NCBI GenBank assembly: GCA_002104905.1
Contig: MCFE01000539.1
Coordinates: forward strand, 1-60,594
Length of the DNA stretch: 60,594 nucleotides
Direction of reading: 5' to 3'
DNA from: Basidiobolus meristosporus CBS 931.73
Taxonomy: Eukaryota > Fungi > Basidiobolomycota
A model generated the notes under the pieces. The model did no database searches, was not told the origin of the DNA, and saw nothing but the letters and a program-made list of their open reading frames with translations. Shown in pieces: positions 48,671 to 59,660 of the stretch (the first letter of the stretch is position 1; each line of letters opens with the position of its first letter). The translations under genes were made by a program, and so were the position numbers.

Positions 48671-49555
48671 TTTTAGATACTTTATTGTGAATTTCATATA
48701 GTGCTTACTAATACAAAGAGAAAAGTACAATAGGTAGCTATACATGAACATCTGAAAGAATAGCTATTGCTGGCTCTATGATGCCTAACTAATACTATAA
48801 GGGCACTCTTGCTACTCAATATATGTTGAATGCAGCAACTCTGGCCTAATTGCTGAGATTATAGCTGACAGCCTCATGATGAGTGCTTTTTGAGAATGAA
48901 ACTGAAACAGTGCATCAGTATCTTTAAAACCAAAGCACTTCTCAGCATGAGTATAGTGAAAGTAGCTATTGCATCTTGGGCACTTAGAACCCAAGCACAA
49001 AGTACTCATTCTCCATCTGATTGCTTGCAGTGCAAAAAAGCAATCACTGATGTAGAAAGAAACATCTGCCTGGCTATTGGAATGACAACTTGTAGCTGAG
49101 ATCAGTCCAATTCTGTCTCTTGATGTTGAGACTCTGGAAATATTGTTAAGCTTTCTGAGAGCCATAGCCACAGAAAGTGGTACATGTGTAGACTCTTTCT
49201 CAATCAAATATCCTTGGTAACCTTTTGAGCAGTGTATATCTTGATAAATCAGAGAACCTTTGGAGACAGGCATTTTGTCAGTCTGAATGCCTCTCACTAA
49301 GCTTTGCAGTGGATTATTTGGAGATGCTTGGGCATAATGATTGCCAAACTTGATTCCTAGTGTTTCAAATTGATCACAAACTGCTTCAATTCCACATATG
49401 CTACAAATCAGTCTTTTATACTGCCCAGTGTGATAGTTTGAAGCATTCACTACCCAGCCAAGTGCTTGCTGCTGAATAAGCTCAAGCTTTAGCAATTGCA
49501 ACTTGCAGAGTGATATATTCATGACAGGGGCAGCATACTCCCATCTTGATTGGAT
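48671..49555 (-). mobile_element. Unit F: 5'-truncated non-LTR retrotransposon, second family (post-RT region plus CCHC knuckle)
   Basis: Open frame IQSRWEYAAPV...LELIQQQALGWVV...ICGIE...NNPL...IRWR...CPRCNSYFHYTHAEKC, stop at 48812. AATAAA at 48686-48681, then CCTAACCCTAACCCTAA. Confidence 0.75.
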
Positions 49556-49616
49556 AGGGGGGAGACAGTCACCAACAGGTGAAATCTTTATTTCAGTTGA
49601 AACAAAGAAGCAAGCA

Positions 49617-50142
49617 CTACTGTTGTAGCTTTGACACAAGAGTGTGTAGCTGAGGGGAATTTGTAGGTAAGTTAATTAGAAGTGATGATAGTTCTTCAGT
49701 GCTCAAGACACTGTTCAGTGGGAAGGGGGGTAGCAAGAGAGGTAAGAATGACTTGTGAACAACATTAATGAGGGGAATGTGATAAGGATTGATATTCATC
49801 ATAAAGGGTGTGTGCTGCTGCAGATATTGCTGCCAAAGGTCTGTCAAGTACTTCAGGTAGGCCAGCTTGGGTTTTTCTGACTGCAGAGTATATTGAGCAA
49901 ACTTCTTGACTTCAGGATCTCCAAGTATAGTTCTCCAGCAGGAGCCAGGTGTAGTGTGGTGTGTTCTCTTCCAAGCCTTAATCAGTGGGTTGTTGCAGTT
50001 GTGAAGTCTGAGGTATAGTCTGGTTCTAAGGTAGAGAAGTCTGATCTTATAGGGCATAAACCCAAAAGCACCAAGAATAGCATGTCTGTAGGGGCATTCA
50101 GGCAGATGAGGCACCAAGGAGGTAATGCACCATACTGCAAAC
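49617..50142 (-). CDS. LINE ORF2 C-terminal part (distal to the Copia-2 insertion)
   Basis: Removing Copia-2 and one TSD copy joins DCTKLDK to FAVWCITSLVPHLPECPYRHAILGAFG in frame; total ORF2 is 923 codons. Confidence 0.9.
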
Positions 50143-50491
50143 TGTTGTAAAAAATCGTATTTTCCACCTAAATATTCACCTAACTTAGTCACTTAGATCA
50201 TCACCTTCAAATCCTAGAGAATACTGACCAAATTCCTTGTCGGGATTTACTTAGAATATTTTCACCAAAATACCAGGTACCCAGAATATGAAAATTCTCA
50301 AAGTTGTCCAAACAGCCCCAAACTTGCACACATGTTCTTGGGACCTTCCTTAACCTATTCTACGTGTTTGTGATGCCAAGACCATGTAAAAGTATAAATA
50401 CTACTTTTACATTCAATAAATCATTAAGTGAAAACCACATAATCTACTTGTTCTCCAAATCACTTCCAATATCTCCAAGACTCTTACAACA

Positions 50492-50503
50492 GGTTATGAG
50501 CCC
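50492..50503 (+). promoter_or_regulatory. Primer-binding site for a tRNAiMet half-molecule
   Basis: GGTTATGAGCCC immediately after the LTR CA; complementary to the tRNAiMet anticodon stem-loop, as in copia and Ty5. Confidence 0.85.
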
Positions 50504-53500
50504 CAAGCTGTCACTCTCTGCAATGTCTACTACTGCTATTACTGGAATTTTTCCCTCTGCTGAAAAGTTGGATGGATCTAACTACCAAGTGTGGAAGGTG
50601 AAGATGAAGATGCTGCTACAAGAAAGAGGCCTTTGGGATATTGTCATGGGAGAAGAATGCCCTCCTAAAAATGTGGGAGAGGAAGCCTTAAAGTACCAGA
50701 AGAAAGAACAAAGTGCCTTTAACTGCATTTGCCTTAATGTCAAGGACAAATTGCTAATTCAATGCTCAAGAGCAAAAACGGCAAAGAATGCCTGGAAGGC
50801 ATTAGAAGACACCTACCAGTCATGTTCAGCTGCCAAGAAAATGTATCTGAGAAGAAAATTCTTTACTACAAAGATGCTGCCAGGAGAAGAAATGAAAAAT
50901 CTAATTAACAGAATTACCCTGCTGGTAGATGAGATGGAATCTGTGGGCGTACCAACTACTGATGAGGATGTGATAGTTACCATCCTGAATAGCCTGACAG
51001 ACGAGTTTCAGGGCCTTGTATCAGCCCTAGAGTCCAGAACTGAAGATTTGACCTTAAATTACGTAAATGGAAGGCTCCTGGATGAAGAATTAAGAAAATC
51101 AAGCGCCAATAAGAAGGAAGAAGAAAATGCTTTAATAAGCAATGATAACCAACAAAGGAGGTACCCAAGACCCTACAAAGGCAACAGCAACCTATTTTGC
51201 AACTACTGCAAAAGGAAAGGACACACATCAGACCGGTGTTTCAAAAAGAGAGATTATCAGCAAAAGAAGCCTGAATATGGAAATGCTGTAACAACTGAAG
51301 ATAGACTATTCATATCTGCACTAAATATGACCACAAACAAGGATTCTCAGACGTGGTATATTGACTCTGGAGCTTCTCAACACTTTACACACCAAAAAGA
51401 ACTTTTTACCCAATATCAAGAAATTCCAATTAAGAAGGTTTTCATGGGTGACGATAGAACACTTGATGCAGTGGGAGAAGGAACTATCCAAGTAAACCTT
51501 AGAAGCAGTGAAGGAAGCCATACACTGACCTTTAAAGAAGTACTCTATGTACCAGAAATAGCCAAGAACCTACTCTCTGTAAGCAAGGCCACAGCAGAAG
51601 GACTCAGTTTCAGTTTTGACAATTCTGGATGCAGGATCACTGATCAAAATGGTGCTCATATTGCTTTGGGCATCAGAGATCAGAATCTATACAAGTTGAC
51701 TTATATTCCATCATATTTGGAAGCCAATATAAGTAACTTAAATGAAGAAACACCAATGCTTTGGCACAGGAGATTTGGACACATCAATTTTGATTATTTG
51801 CGCAAAATGATCAAAGATCAGCTAATTTCTGGAGTGAAAATTGATCCCCCAGCTATTTTGGAGCACTGTGAAGCCTGCATATATGGGAAACAAGCCAGAC
51901 AACCGTTCAAGAGCTCTGGGTTAATCAAAACTAAGAAAAAATTAGATCTAATTCACTCAGATCTGTGTGGACCTATGCAAAATTTATCCTTAGGCGGGAT
52001 GAAGTATTTAATCACTTTTATTGATGATTATACAAGATACACATGGGTCTACTTCATGGAGAGAAAGGAAGAAGCTCTGTCTAAGCTCAGGGAGTTTAAA
52101 GCCATGGTGGAGAGAGAAACTGGTGAAAAAATCAAGAAAATACGCTCTGACAATGGTGGAGAATATACCTCAAAACTCTTCATCCACTTCTGCAAAATTC
52201 ATGGGATAAAGCAAGAGACTACTGTACCATACTCCCCACAGCAAAATGGAGTAGCAGAACGAGCTAACAGATCAATAATTGATATGGCAAGATCTATGAT
52301 CCATGATCAAAAATTATCCTATGATTTTTGGGCGGAATCAGTTGCCACTGCTGTATACCTTAAAAATACGAGTTATAACAGAATACTTCGTGATTCTACT
52401 CCATTTGAAGCATGGTATCGATACAGACCAAGTGCAGAACATCTAAGAATATTTGGGTGCACAGCATATGCCAAAAAACTGGCCGGAAATCAGTCAAAAT
52501 TTGAGCCAAAAAGTGTAAAATGCATATTTTTGGGCTACTGCAATGAGAGTAAGGCATACAGACTCTACAATACCGAAGCAAAGAAGCTTATCAAGTCCAG
52601 GGATGTGTTGTTTGATGAAAATTCAAAATTTTCACAAAAAATGACATCAGATGATGACGAAAATTTGATCTCAAGTCCACCAATTGTCAGGATTGAATCA
52701 GAGCAAAACAATGAAAATTTTTTCACTCCAGAGGACTCTACAACCGTGGTTCAGCCAGAATCAGTGCCCAGGAATATCCCAGAAGTGATCATTCCAGTAT
52801 CAAATGCCCGGAGATCCAATCGGACAAGAAATAGCCCAAATTACTATATCAATGAGGGTACAAACTTAGCCTATGCCTATTCAGTCCATATTGATGAACC
52901 CCAGACTGTAAAAGAGGCCCTAAATAGCCCTCAGACAAAGTTTTTGGAGATCTGCAATGACTGAGGAATATCAGGCACTGATGGAAAATCAAACTTGGGA
53001 CTTAGTCAAATTACCAATTAACCGAAAATCAATTGGATGCAGATGGGTCTTCAAGACAAAATACAAGGCTGATGGTACAATTGAAAGATACAAAGCAAGA
53101 CTTGTAGCCAAAGGATACTCTCAAACAAAAGGACTTGACTATACTGAGACCTTTGCACCAGTAGCCAAGTTTAATTCCATCAGATTAATATTGGCTATTG
53201 CAGCCAAATATAAGTTTTTTATTCATCAAATGGATGTAAAAACTGCATTTTTGAATGGAGAACTTGATGAGGACGTGTATATGGACCAGCCTGATGGGTT
53301 TGTTGACCAAGATAACCCCCATTTGGTCTGCAAGCTTAAAAAGTCACTATATGGTCTCAAACAATCACCGAGAGCCTGGAATTGCAAGATAGATTCTTAT
53401 TTGGAATCTTTGAGTTTCAAAAGGAGTAATGCTGACTATAGTATATACTATAAGCCAGATAGAGCAAATCCAGTTCTATTAGCTCTATATGTGGATGATC

Positions 53501-54468
53501 TTATTATAGCCGCCAATAACCTAGAAACATTGGAAGAGACTAAATCCAGCCTATCTAAGGAGTTCAAGATGTCCAATCTAGGAGAACTTAGTTACTACTT
53601 AGGGATTAAGTTCTCCATAGACAGAAGTACCCAGACTATTACCCTAAGCCAATCCAAGTATATTCAAGATATACTAAAGAAGTACCAAATGGAAGACTGT
53701 AAACCGGCAGCTACCCCAATGGAGACAAACCTTAACTTGGTCAAAACTCAACCAAATCAAGAGAGCTTGGTGCCATCTGAAAGCCCTGACTTTCCTTATC
53801 AATCTATGGTCGGCAGTCTGATGTATATCATGCTTGGAACACGTCCAGATATCTCATATTCAGTGGGAGTTGTCAGCCAACATAATCAGAATTATGGATC
53901 TGATCATATTGCAGCAGTTAAGCGGATTTTTAGATACCTAAAAGGAACTGCTGATATCTGCTTAAGATACACTTATAAGGATTCAGAACAGGATCTTGTG
54001 GGATACTCTGATGCTGATTGGGGACGAAATTTAGAAGATAGAAGATCCACCACAGGATACACCTTTCTTTACTGTAAAGGAGCCATTTCATGGAATTCAA
54101 GAAAGCAACCAACCGTAGCACTTTCTACTACAGAGGCAGAGTATATGGCAGCCTGTGAAGCTACAAAAGAAGCAATGTGGTTAAGAAAGCTCTTTACAGA
54201 TTTAGGCCTATGTCAAAAAACGCCTATTACTTTATTTCAAGATAATCAAGGATGTATACAATTAGGTAGAAATCCAACTTTTCATGCTAGAACCAAGCAC
54301 ATAGATATTAGACATCATTTCATACGTGAAGCTATAGAGAATAACTTAGTTAGCTTAGTTTACTGTCCTACAGATGAAATGATTGCAGACATATTTACCA
54401 AACCATTAGCTAGAGACAAGTTTGAATATTTTAGGTCAAAATTAGGACTAGTCAGTATGAACATTTAG
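50496..54468 (+). CDS. Copia-2 gag-pol polyprotein (~1323 aa), one +1 frameshift in the T5 run at 52941-52945
   Basis: KLDGSNYQVW, CNYCKRKGHTSDRC, WYIDSGAS, HSDLCGPM, RSDNGGEY, KARLVAKGY, YVDD, YSDADW, TKHIDIRHHF. Deleting one T gives SPQTKFWRSAMTEEY. Confidence 0.92.
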
Positions 54469-54831
54469 CTGAGTGGGAGTGTTGTAAAAAATCGTATTTT
54501 CCACCTAAATATTCACCTAACTTAGTCACTTAGATCATCACCTTCAAATCCTAGAGAATACTGACCAAATTCCTTGTCGGGATTTACTTAGAATATTTTC
54601 ACCAAAATACCAGGTACCCAGAACATGAAAATTCTCAAAGTTGTCCAAACAGCCCCAAACTTTGCACACATGTTCTTGGGACCTTCCTTAACCTATTCTA
54701 CGTGTTTGTGATGCCAAGACCATGTAAAAGTATAAATACTACTTTTACATTCAATAAATCATTAAGTGAAAACCACATAATCTACTTGTTCTCCAAATCA
54801 CTTCTAATATCTCCAAGACTCTTACAACACA

Positions 54832-57079
54832 CAAACTTGTCAAGCTTAGTGCAGTCTCTAGAAGTAAGAGAGAGAAGTGGTAAGCCAAATTCCAGGACAG
54901 GGAAGACAAACTGCTTGAGTAGAAGGAGGCAGCTGGGAGCTGAAGTTGTAGGAGGAGTAACAGCCAGTAGCTTGTGGAGTGCCTGTCTTGCCAGGATAAT
55001 TCTCTTCTTCAGGTGTGTTCCAGAGTCTAGTCCAGTAGGAAGGAAAGGAAAGCCAAGATATGTAGCAGAAACCTGAGCAGGTAGAGTGGAGTTCTCCAAG
55101 TTGATGGGAGAGCCCAAAGGTACTGTCTTTGCAATGGAAAGCTGGAGATTATTCTTCTGCAGATACTGGTGGATGGTCTGGGAGTCTTGTTGCACATTGG
55201 AGGAGGATATTCTGATGTCATCAGCAAAGAGAGTAACCAGGCAGTCAGCTGAGAGTCTTGGGAAGTCATTCAGGAAGATGGCAAACAGTATAGGACCAAG
55301 CACAGAGCCTTGAACCACTCCATTAGGAACTGAGAACACAGCTGATTGCTCACTTGGGTGCAGAATTCTTGCTTGTGGATCCAGAAACAGAGACCTGACA
55401 AGGAGGGTGAGAGAGGTACTGGAGAAGCATTGCAACTTGGACCAAAGCAGATTTCTGTCAACTGAATCAAAGGCCTTAGTAATATCAAACAGAACAGAGG
55501 GATACTTGCACTGGAGAGAGTGATCTTGGCTAAGTATGACTGCATATTCCAAGGAGAGGCCAGGAACAAAGCCAAACTGTGCAGGATGAAACTTGAGGGA
55601 GTCAGAGTAGAGCTCCTGAGCAAGCAGAAGCTCAAACACCTTTCTGCAGGTGGGCAGCAGAGATATTGGCCTGTAGGAGCTAGGATCCAGGTGCTTTCCT
55701 TTACCCTTGTACAGTGGAAGAACATTGGCAAAGGACCATTCCTCAGGAGTAGAAAGCTGGGCTGAGCATTGCTGAAACAGTGGAAGCAGAAGTGCAGACA
55801 TGGCCTTGGTACTAGTCTTCAGAAGCTCATAGGAGATTGTGTCCACACCTGGAGCAGTAGAGTTGGGAAGCCTCTTGAGCACATTATGGATTCTCCCTTG
55901 ATCAAGTGCAAGTGGGATGGGCAGAGTCTTGAAGTCAGGATGAAAGCCAGGAGTTGAGTACTGCTTTGTAGAGAAGAAGATGTTAGCCAGCTGTTCTGTT
56001 GAAGGTAACTTCCTGGAAGAGGGCCTCATTGCCCTGTAGAGTCTTGATACTGTTCTTGTTATAGAGTTGGAAGATTGCAGAGGCAAGGAACTCATAATAT
56101 GATCCCAGAGCTGAGTATGCAGAGTGTGGTGAATTGCCTTGGAGTGGTGTATGGCTATCAGGAGGAGTTTCTCTGTTTTTGGGTTAGGGAAACTCAGGTA
56201 GCTTTGTTGCAGGGCTGAAACAATGGATTCCCATTTTCTTGAGGTAACAGCAGTAGTCTTGCATGGCAGTGAGAGGGAGGCAGACACCAGAATCAGATGC
56301 TTCACAAAGAGCCAGGCATAGTTGAGATCATCTGGCAGAGAAAGTAGCACACTGGCAAGTTTCAAGTAGTTCCCAAAGTCTTTCTTCTGATTCTTGGTAG
56401 CTTTGTGGGTGAGCACAGTAAGTTTTGGCAGCTTCTTCTTCACAACTGGTTGCATAGAAAGGGACCAGGCTGGGTGGTCAGAGGCTCTCAAGGATCCTAG
56501 CTCAGCTCCAGAGAATTGCTTAACTTCATTCACAAAGTAGAGGGCAGCAGCAGAAGGGCAGATCCAGTCAACACATCTTTTCTCAGATTGAGCACCTAGT
56601 GCTAGCAGATGGCTTTCTCTCAGGAAGTTCAGTAGGAATGTAGACCTTGGCTTCATTCTTGCAGTCAGAGTAGTCTTGTTCTCAGGATGGGGAATGTTGA
56701 GATCTCCAAGCAAGATAATAGGTGTTGATATAGATTGCTGGTATTGCTGAACTTTCTGGCATATAACTTGCACTTCCTGAAGGGCAAGACTTGGAGGCAG
56801 ATAGCAGAGCACCAGACTGATAGTTGGCAACTGGAGAGCAGCACAGTAAGGGGAGTAAAGAGGAACACAGAGCTGAGGAGTATTGATGGTAGAAGAGATG
56901 AAGCAGATAGAGGAGGTATTCTTTGTTCTAGGAGTAGAAAAGCAATATAGATTAGTCAAAAGTATAGAGGGTAGCTGGACATCAATCAAACACAGGAGGG
57001 AAAATCTTGAAAGAAGTCTCTCTAGAGTTGGTCTTGATGGCTGTATGCTGTTGCAGTTAAGCAACAGAACTTCAGGTAG
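54832..57079 (-). CDS. LINE ORF2 N-terminal part: APE endonuclease plus reverse transcriptase, no initiating ATG
   Basis: APE: VLLLNCNS, CYLPPS, LLGDLN, CVDWI, SDH. RT: APGVDTI, YRPISLL, QFGF, DITKAFDSV, GVVQGSVLGPILF, FADDI. Confidence 0.93.
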
Positions 57080-58589
57080 TCAGGCAGAGGTTGTAGCTTC
57101 TTCAGAGGCAGCATTGACAATGTGACCTGCAGAGTCCCAGAGCTCTTCAAATGGTGCATCACTTAAGTCAGCAAGGAGGGAAATGGCATGGTTCTTGAGG
57201 AAGTATGCCACATCATAGGAGGGGGCTTGTCTCTTGATGGCAGCAAAGAAAGACAGAATGGCAACATGGGCTGGAGGCTTGTTGAACAGTAGAGAGTCAG
57301 AGGATTCAGATTCTTCAGGCACTATCTTGAAGTCAGTTTTCAGCCAGTTAAGGTTCTTCTCCACAAAGGCAACAAATGGGTCAGCAATGTTTTGGTCTAG
57401 GATAACCTCCAGAATCTTCCCTTTTCTCCAGGCCAGGTTGACAATTCTTGAGAGCTGAATATTGCATGCCTTGAGTGCTTTCCTGATGTTGGAAATGGGA
57501 GTCCAGGGAACTTGCTTCAAGTACACCACAGTCCAGGTAGAAGCTGGTGGTAGGTTTGCTGGGGGCTTGTAAGTCCTTCTGTGTTGCAATGGAGCTGCAG
57601 TAGTCAGATTGGAGTCCACATTCTCAGTAGAGGGTTTTCTTGATGTGTCTTGCTGAATGGTACTGGAGCTGGATGTGCTGATAATTCTTGCTAGAACCTT
57701 GCCTGCATAAGTCTGAGGTATAGCTGAGGTGACTGTAGAGGTGGTGGCAGCTGGTGCAGGTGGAGAGGCAGAAACTGAAGCAGGAACTGAGGTCACCTGG
57801 GAGAAGGCAGTAGAAGCAGGTTTTCTGGGAGGAACAGAGTTCACTATCCAGTTGTTCTGTAAAACACTGGAGTAGCTTTTCTGTGGAACAGGATCTTGCT
57901 CTTGAACAGGAACAGAAGCAGGAGGCTGGGGCTGAGCAGTAGTGGTAAGGCAGTGGCACTCCAAGGAAGCTTTTTGCAAGGCATCTCTGGCAGTTTTCAG
58001 GGCAGTATTGGCTTCATTCTTGAGCTTCTTAGCATTGGGCATCCAGTCTCTTGTTTTCAATAGCCAGGGCAGTATTGGCAGCCTCTAAATCAGCAATTCT
58101 CCTCTCAATTGCAAGGAATCTCTGAAGAAGTGCATCAGTAGAAGTGCTGGCATCTGGGAGAGCAGTGGCAGGAATAGAGTCCATTGACAGTGGGCTTCTT
58201 GGAGGCAAGGAAAGTGGACTGGCAGATTCAGGCACAAAAGGAGATATCCTGGCAGGAGGAGAAGGAGTATCCAAGGCAGTAACAGAGGCAATTCTTGTTG
58301 GTGAAGCAGCAGCAGGGGAGGCAAGCCTGTTCAGAAACTGGGCAGGAGAGAGTGCTTGAGGAGAGGGAGTCTTCAGCTTGCCAAGCATGTCTTCCATCAG
58401 AGTGATACCAATATTCCTGGTGCATTTGCAGAGAAAAGTAAGCTTCCTGAGTCTGCCAGCTCTTCCATTCCTTCTGATAGTTCCTTTGTTTCCACAGTTG
58501 GGGCAAGAAATCTTCTTGACAGACTTGTCAAAGCAATCAAGAACCTTCCTTTCAGGTGTAGTGGGCTCCTGTTGAGGTTTTGGTGGCAT
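57080..58589 (-). CDS. LINE ORF1 (gag-like, ~502 aa), one +1 frameshift in GGG at 58037-58039
   Basis: ATG at 58589, N-terminal CPNC...CKC, Pro/Ser linker, coiled coil continuing across the frameshift (LDA-NAKKLKNEA), globular C-terminal domain, TGA at 57082-57080. Confidence 0.8.
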
Positions 58590-58658
58590 ATCCAGAGTTT
58601 CAGCTTCAAATTTCAATTTTTGAGATTTTTGGGTGATTTTTGATGGGCGGGATCAAAA

Positions 58659-58672
58659 TTAGGGTTAGGGTT
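58659..58672 (+). repeat. TTAGGGTTAGGGTT within or next to the LINE 5' UTR
   Basis: Directly visible 70 nt upstream of the ORF1 ATG. Confidence 0.9.
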
Positions 58673-58850
58673 GCGTGCTGTGACTGCTTTTTACGATCGC
58701 AAGGTCAGAACCTAGGAAAAAATAAAAATAGTTAGTAAAGGTGATTTAATGGATGGATGGATGGATTCGGAGTCAGATTCAATCAAAAAATCAAATTGTT
58801 GACTAATTTAAAGAGGAGTCAAAATCAAATCGTTGACTAATTTAAGAGGG

Positions 58851-59407
58851 AGGGGGGGAGACAGTCACCAACAGGTGAAATCTTTATTTCAGTTGAAACA
58901 AAGAAGCCAGCGCTACTGTTGTAGCTTTGATACAAGAGTGTGTAGCTGAGGGGAATTTGTAGGTAAGTTAATAAGAAGTGATGATAGTTCTTCAGTGCTC
59001 AAGACACTGTTCAGTGGGAAGGGGGGTAGCAAGAGAGGTAAGAATGACTTGTGAACAACATTAATGAGGGGAATGTGATAAGGATTGATGTTCATCATAA
59101 AGGGAGTGTGCTGCTGCAGATATTGCTGCCAAAGGTCTGTCAAGTACTTCAGGTAGGCCAGCTTGGGTTTTTCTGACTGCAGAATGTAGTGAGCAAACTT
59201 CTTGACTTCAGGATCTCCAAGTATAGTTCTCCAGCAGGAGCCAGGTGTTGTGTGGTGTGTTCTCTTCCAGGCCTTAATCAGTGGGTTGTTGCAGTTGTGA
59301 AGTCTGAGGTATAATCTGGTTCTAAGGTAGAGAAGTCTGATCTTATAGGGTATAAACCCAAAAGCACCAAGAATAGCATGTCTGTAGGGGCATTCAGGCA
59401 AATGAGG
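58851..59407 (-). mobile_element. Unit B: 5'-truncated (~560 bp) copy of the unit A LINE
   Basis: Aligns with 49556-50111 with roughly 14 differences; followed by GGGTTAGGG. Confidence 0.93.
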
Positions 59408-59411
59408 GGTT

Positions 59412-59645
59412 AGGGGAGGGAAAGTCACCAAGTTGGTGAAATCTTTATTTGAGTTAAGAACTAATCTAAGTACAAATAAAGAAGCCAATTCAGAGGTCTA
59501 GAACCTCTCTAATAAGTAATCTAATTTATGTTTTGTTTCATCTCTAATGTTTGTTTCAATAAAGTAAAGCTCATCAGGGGTAAATATAAAATTCAGGGGT
59601 TTTGGGGGGAGTACAAATTGTAGATGTTTCTGATCAATATAATCC
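59412..59645 (-). mobile_element. Unit C: short non-coding element sharing the LINE 3' tail
   Basis: G-run, AAAG-TCACC-AAGTT-GGTGA-AATCTTTATTT and AAAGAAGCC, then unrelated AT-rich sequence; bounded by TTAGGG units on both sides. Confidence 0.7.
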
Positions 59646-59660
59646 TTAGGGTTTAGGGTT

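Larger units (their letters stand above)
50143..54829 (+). mobile_element. Ty1/Copia LTR retrotransposon (Copia-2), young and nearly intact
   Basis: LTRs 50143-50491 and 54480-54829 with about 3 differences. PBS GGTTATGAGCCC, PPT GAGTGGGAG (54471-54479), TSD CAAAC (50138-50142 and 54832-54836, with an extra CA). Confidence 0.97.
49556..58850 (-). mobile_element. Unit A: full-length telomere-associated APE-RT LINE (~4.6 kb), interrupted by Copia-2
   Basis: 5' UTR, ORF1, in-frame TGA, ORF2 (APE+RT) and a 3' UTR ending AATAAA-hairpin-C6. The 5' boundary is inferred from the start of unit B. Confidence 0.9.

Noticed and set aside
50304-50495. N-terminal extension of the Copia-2 ORF, and LTR- or unit-C-derived ends of ORFs 54782-57064, 49617-50192 and 58913-59488
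   Set aside because: These are chance open frames through LTR or neighbouring-unit sequence with non-ATG starts.
54832-57079. Unit A as a MoTeR or Penelope-like (Athena/Coprina) element
   Set aside because: It has an N-terminal APE domain and LINE-type RT motifs, with no restriction-like or GIY-YIG endonuclease motif seen.
59554-59577. Hammerhead ribozyme core (CTGATGAG...GAAAC on the minus strand of unit C)
   Set aside because: A possible stem III exists, but stems I and II cannot pair; not a credible hammerhead.
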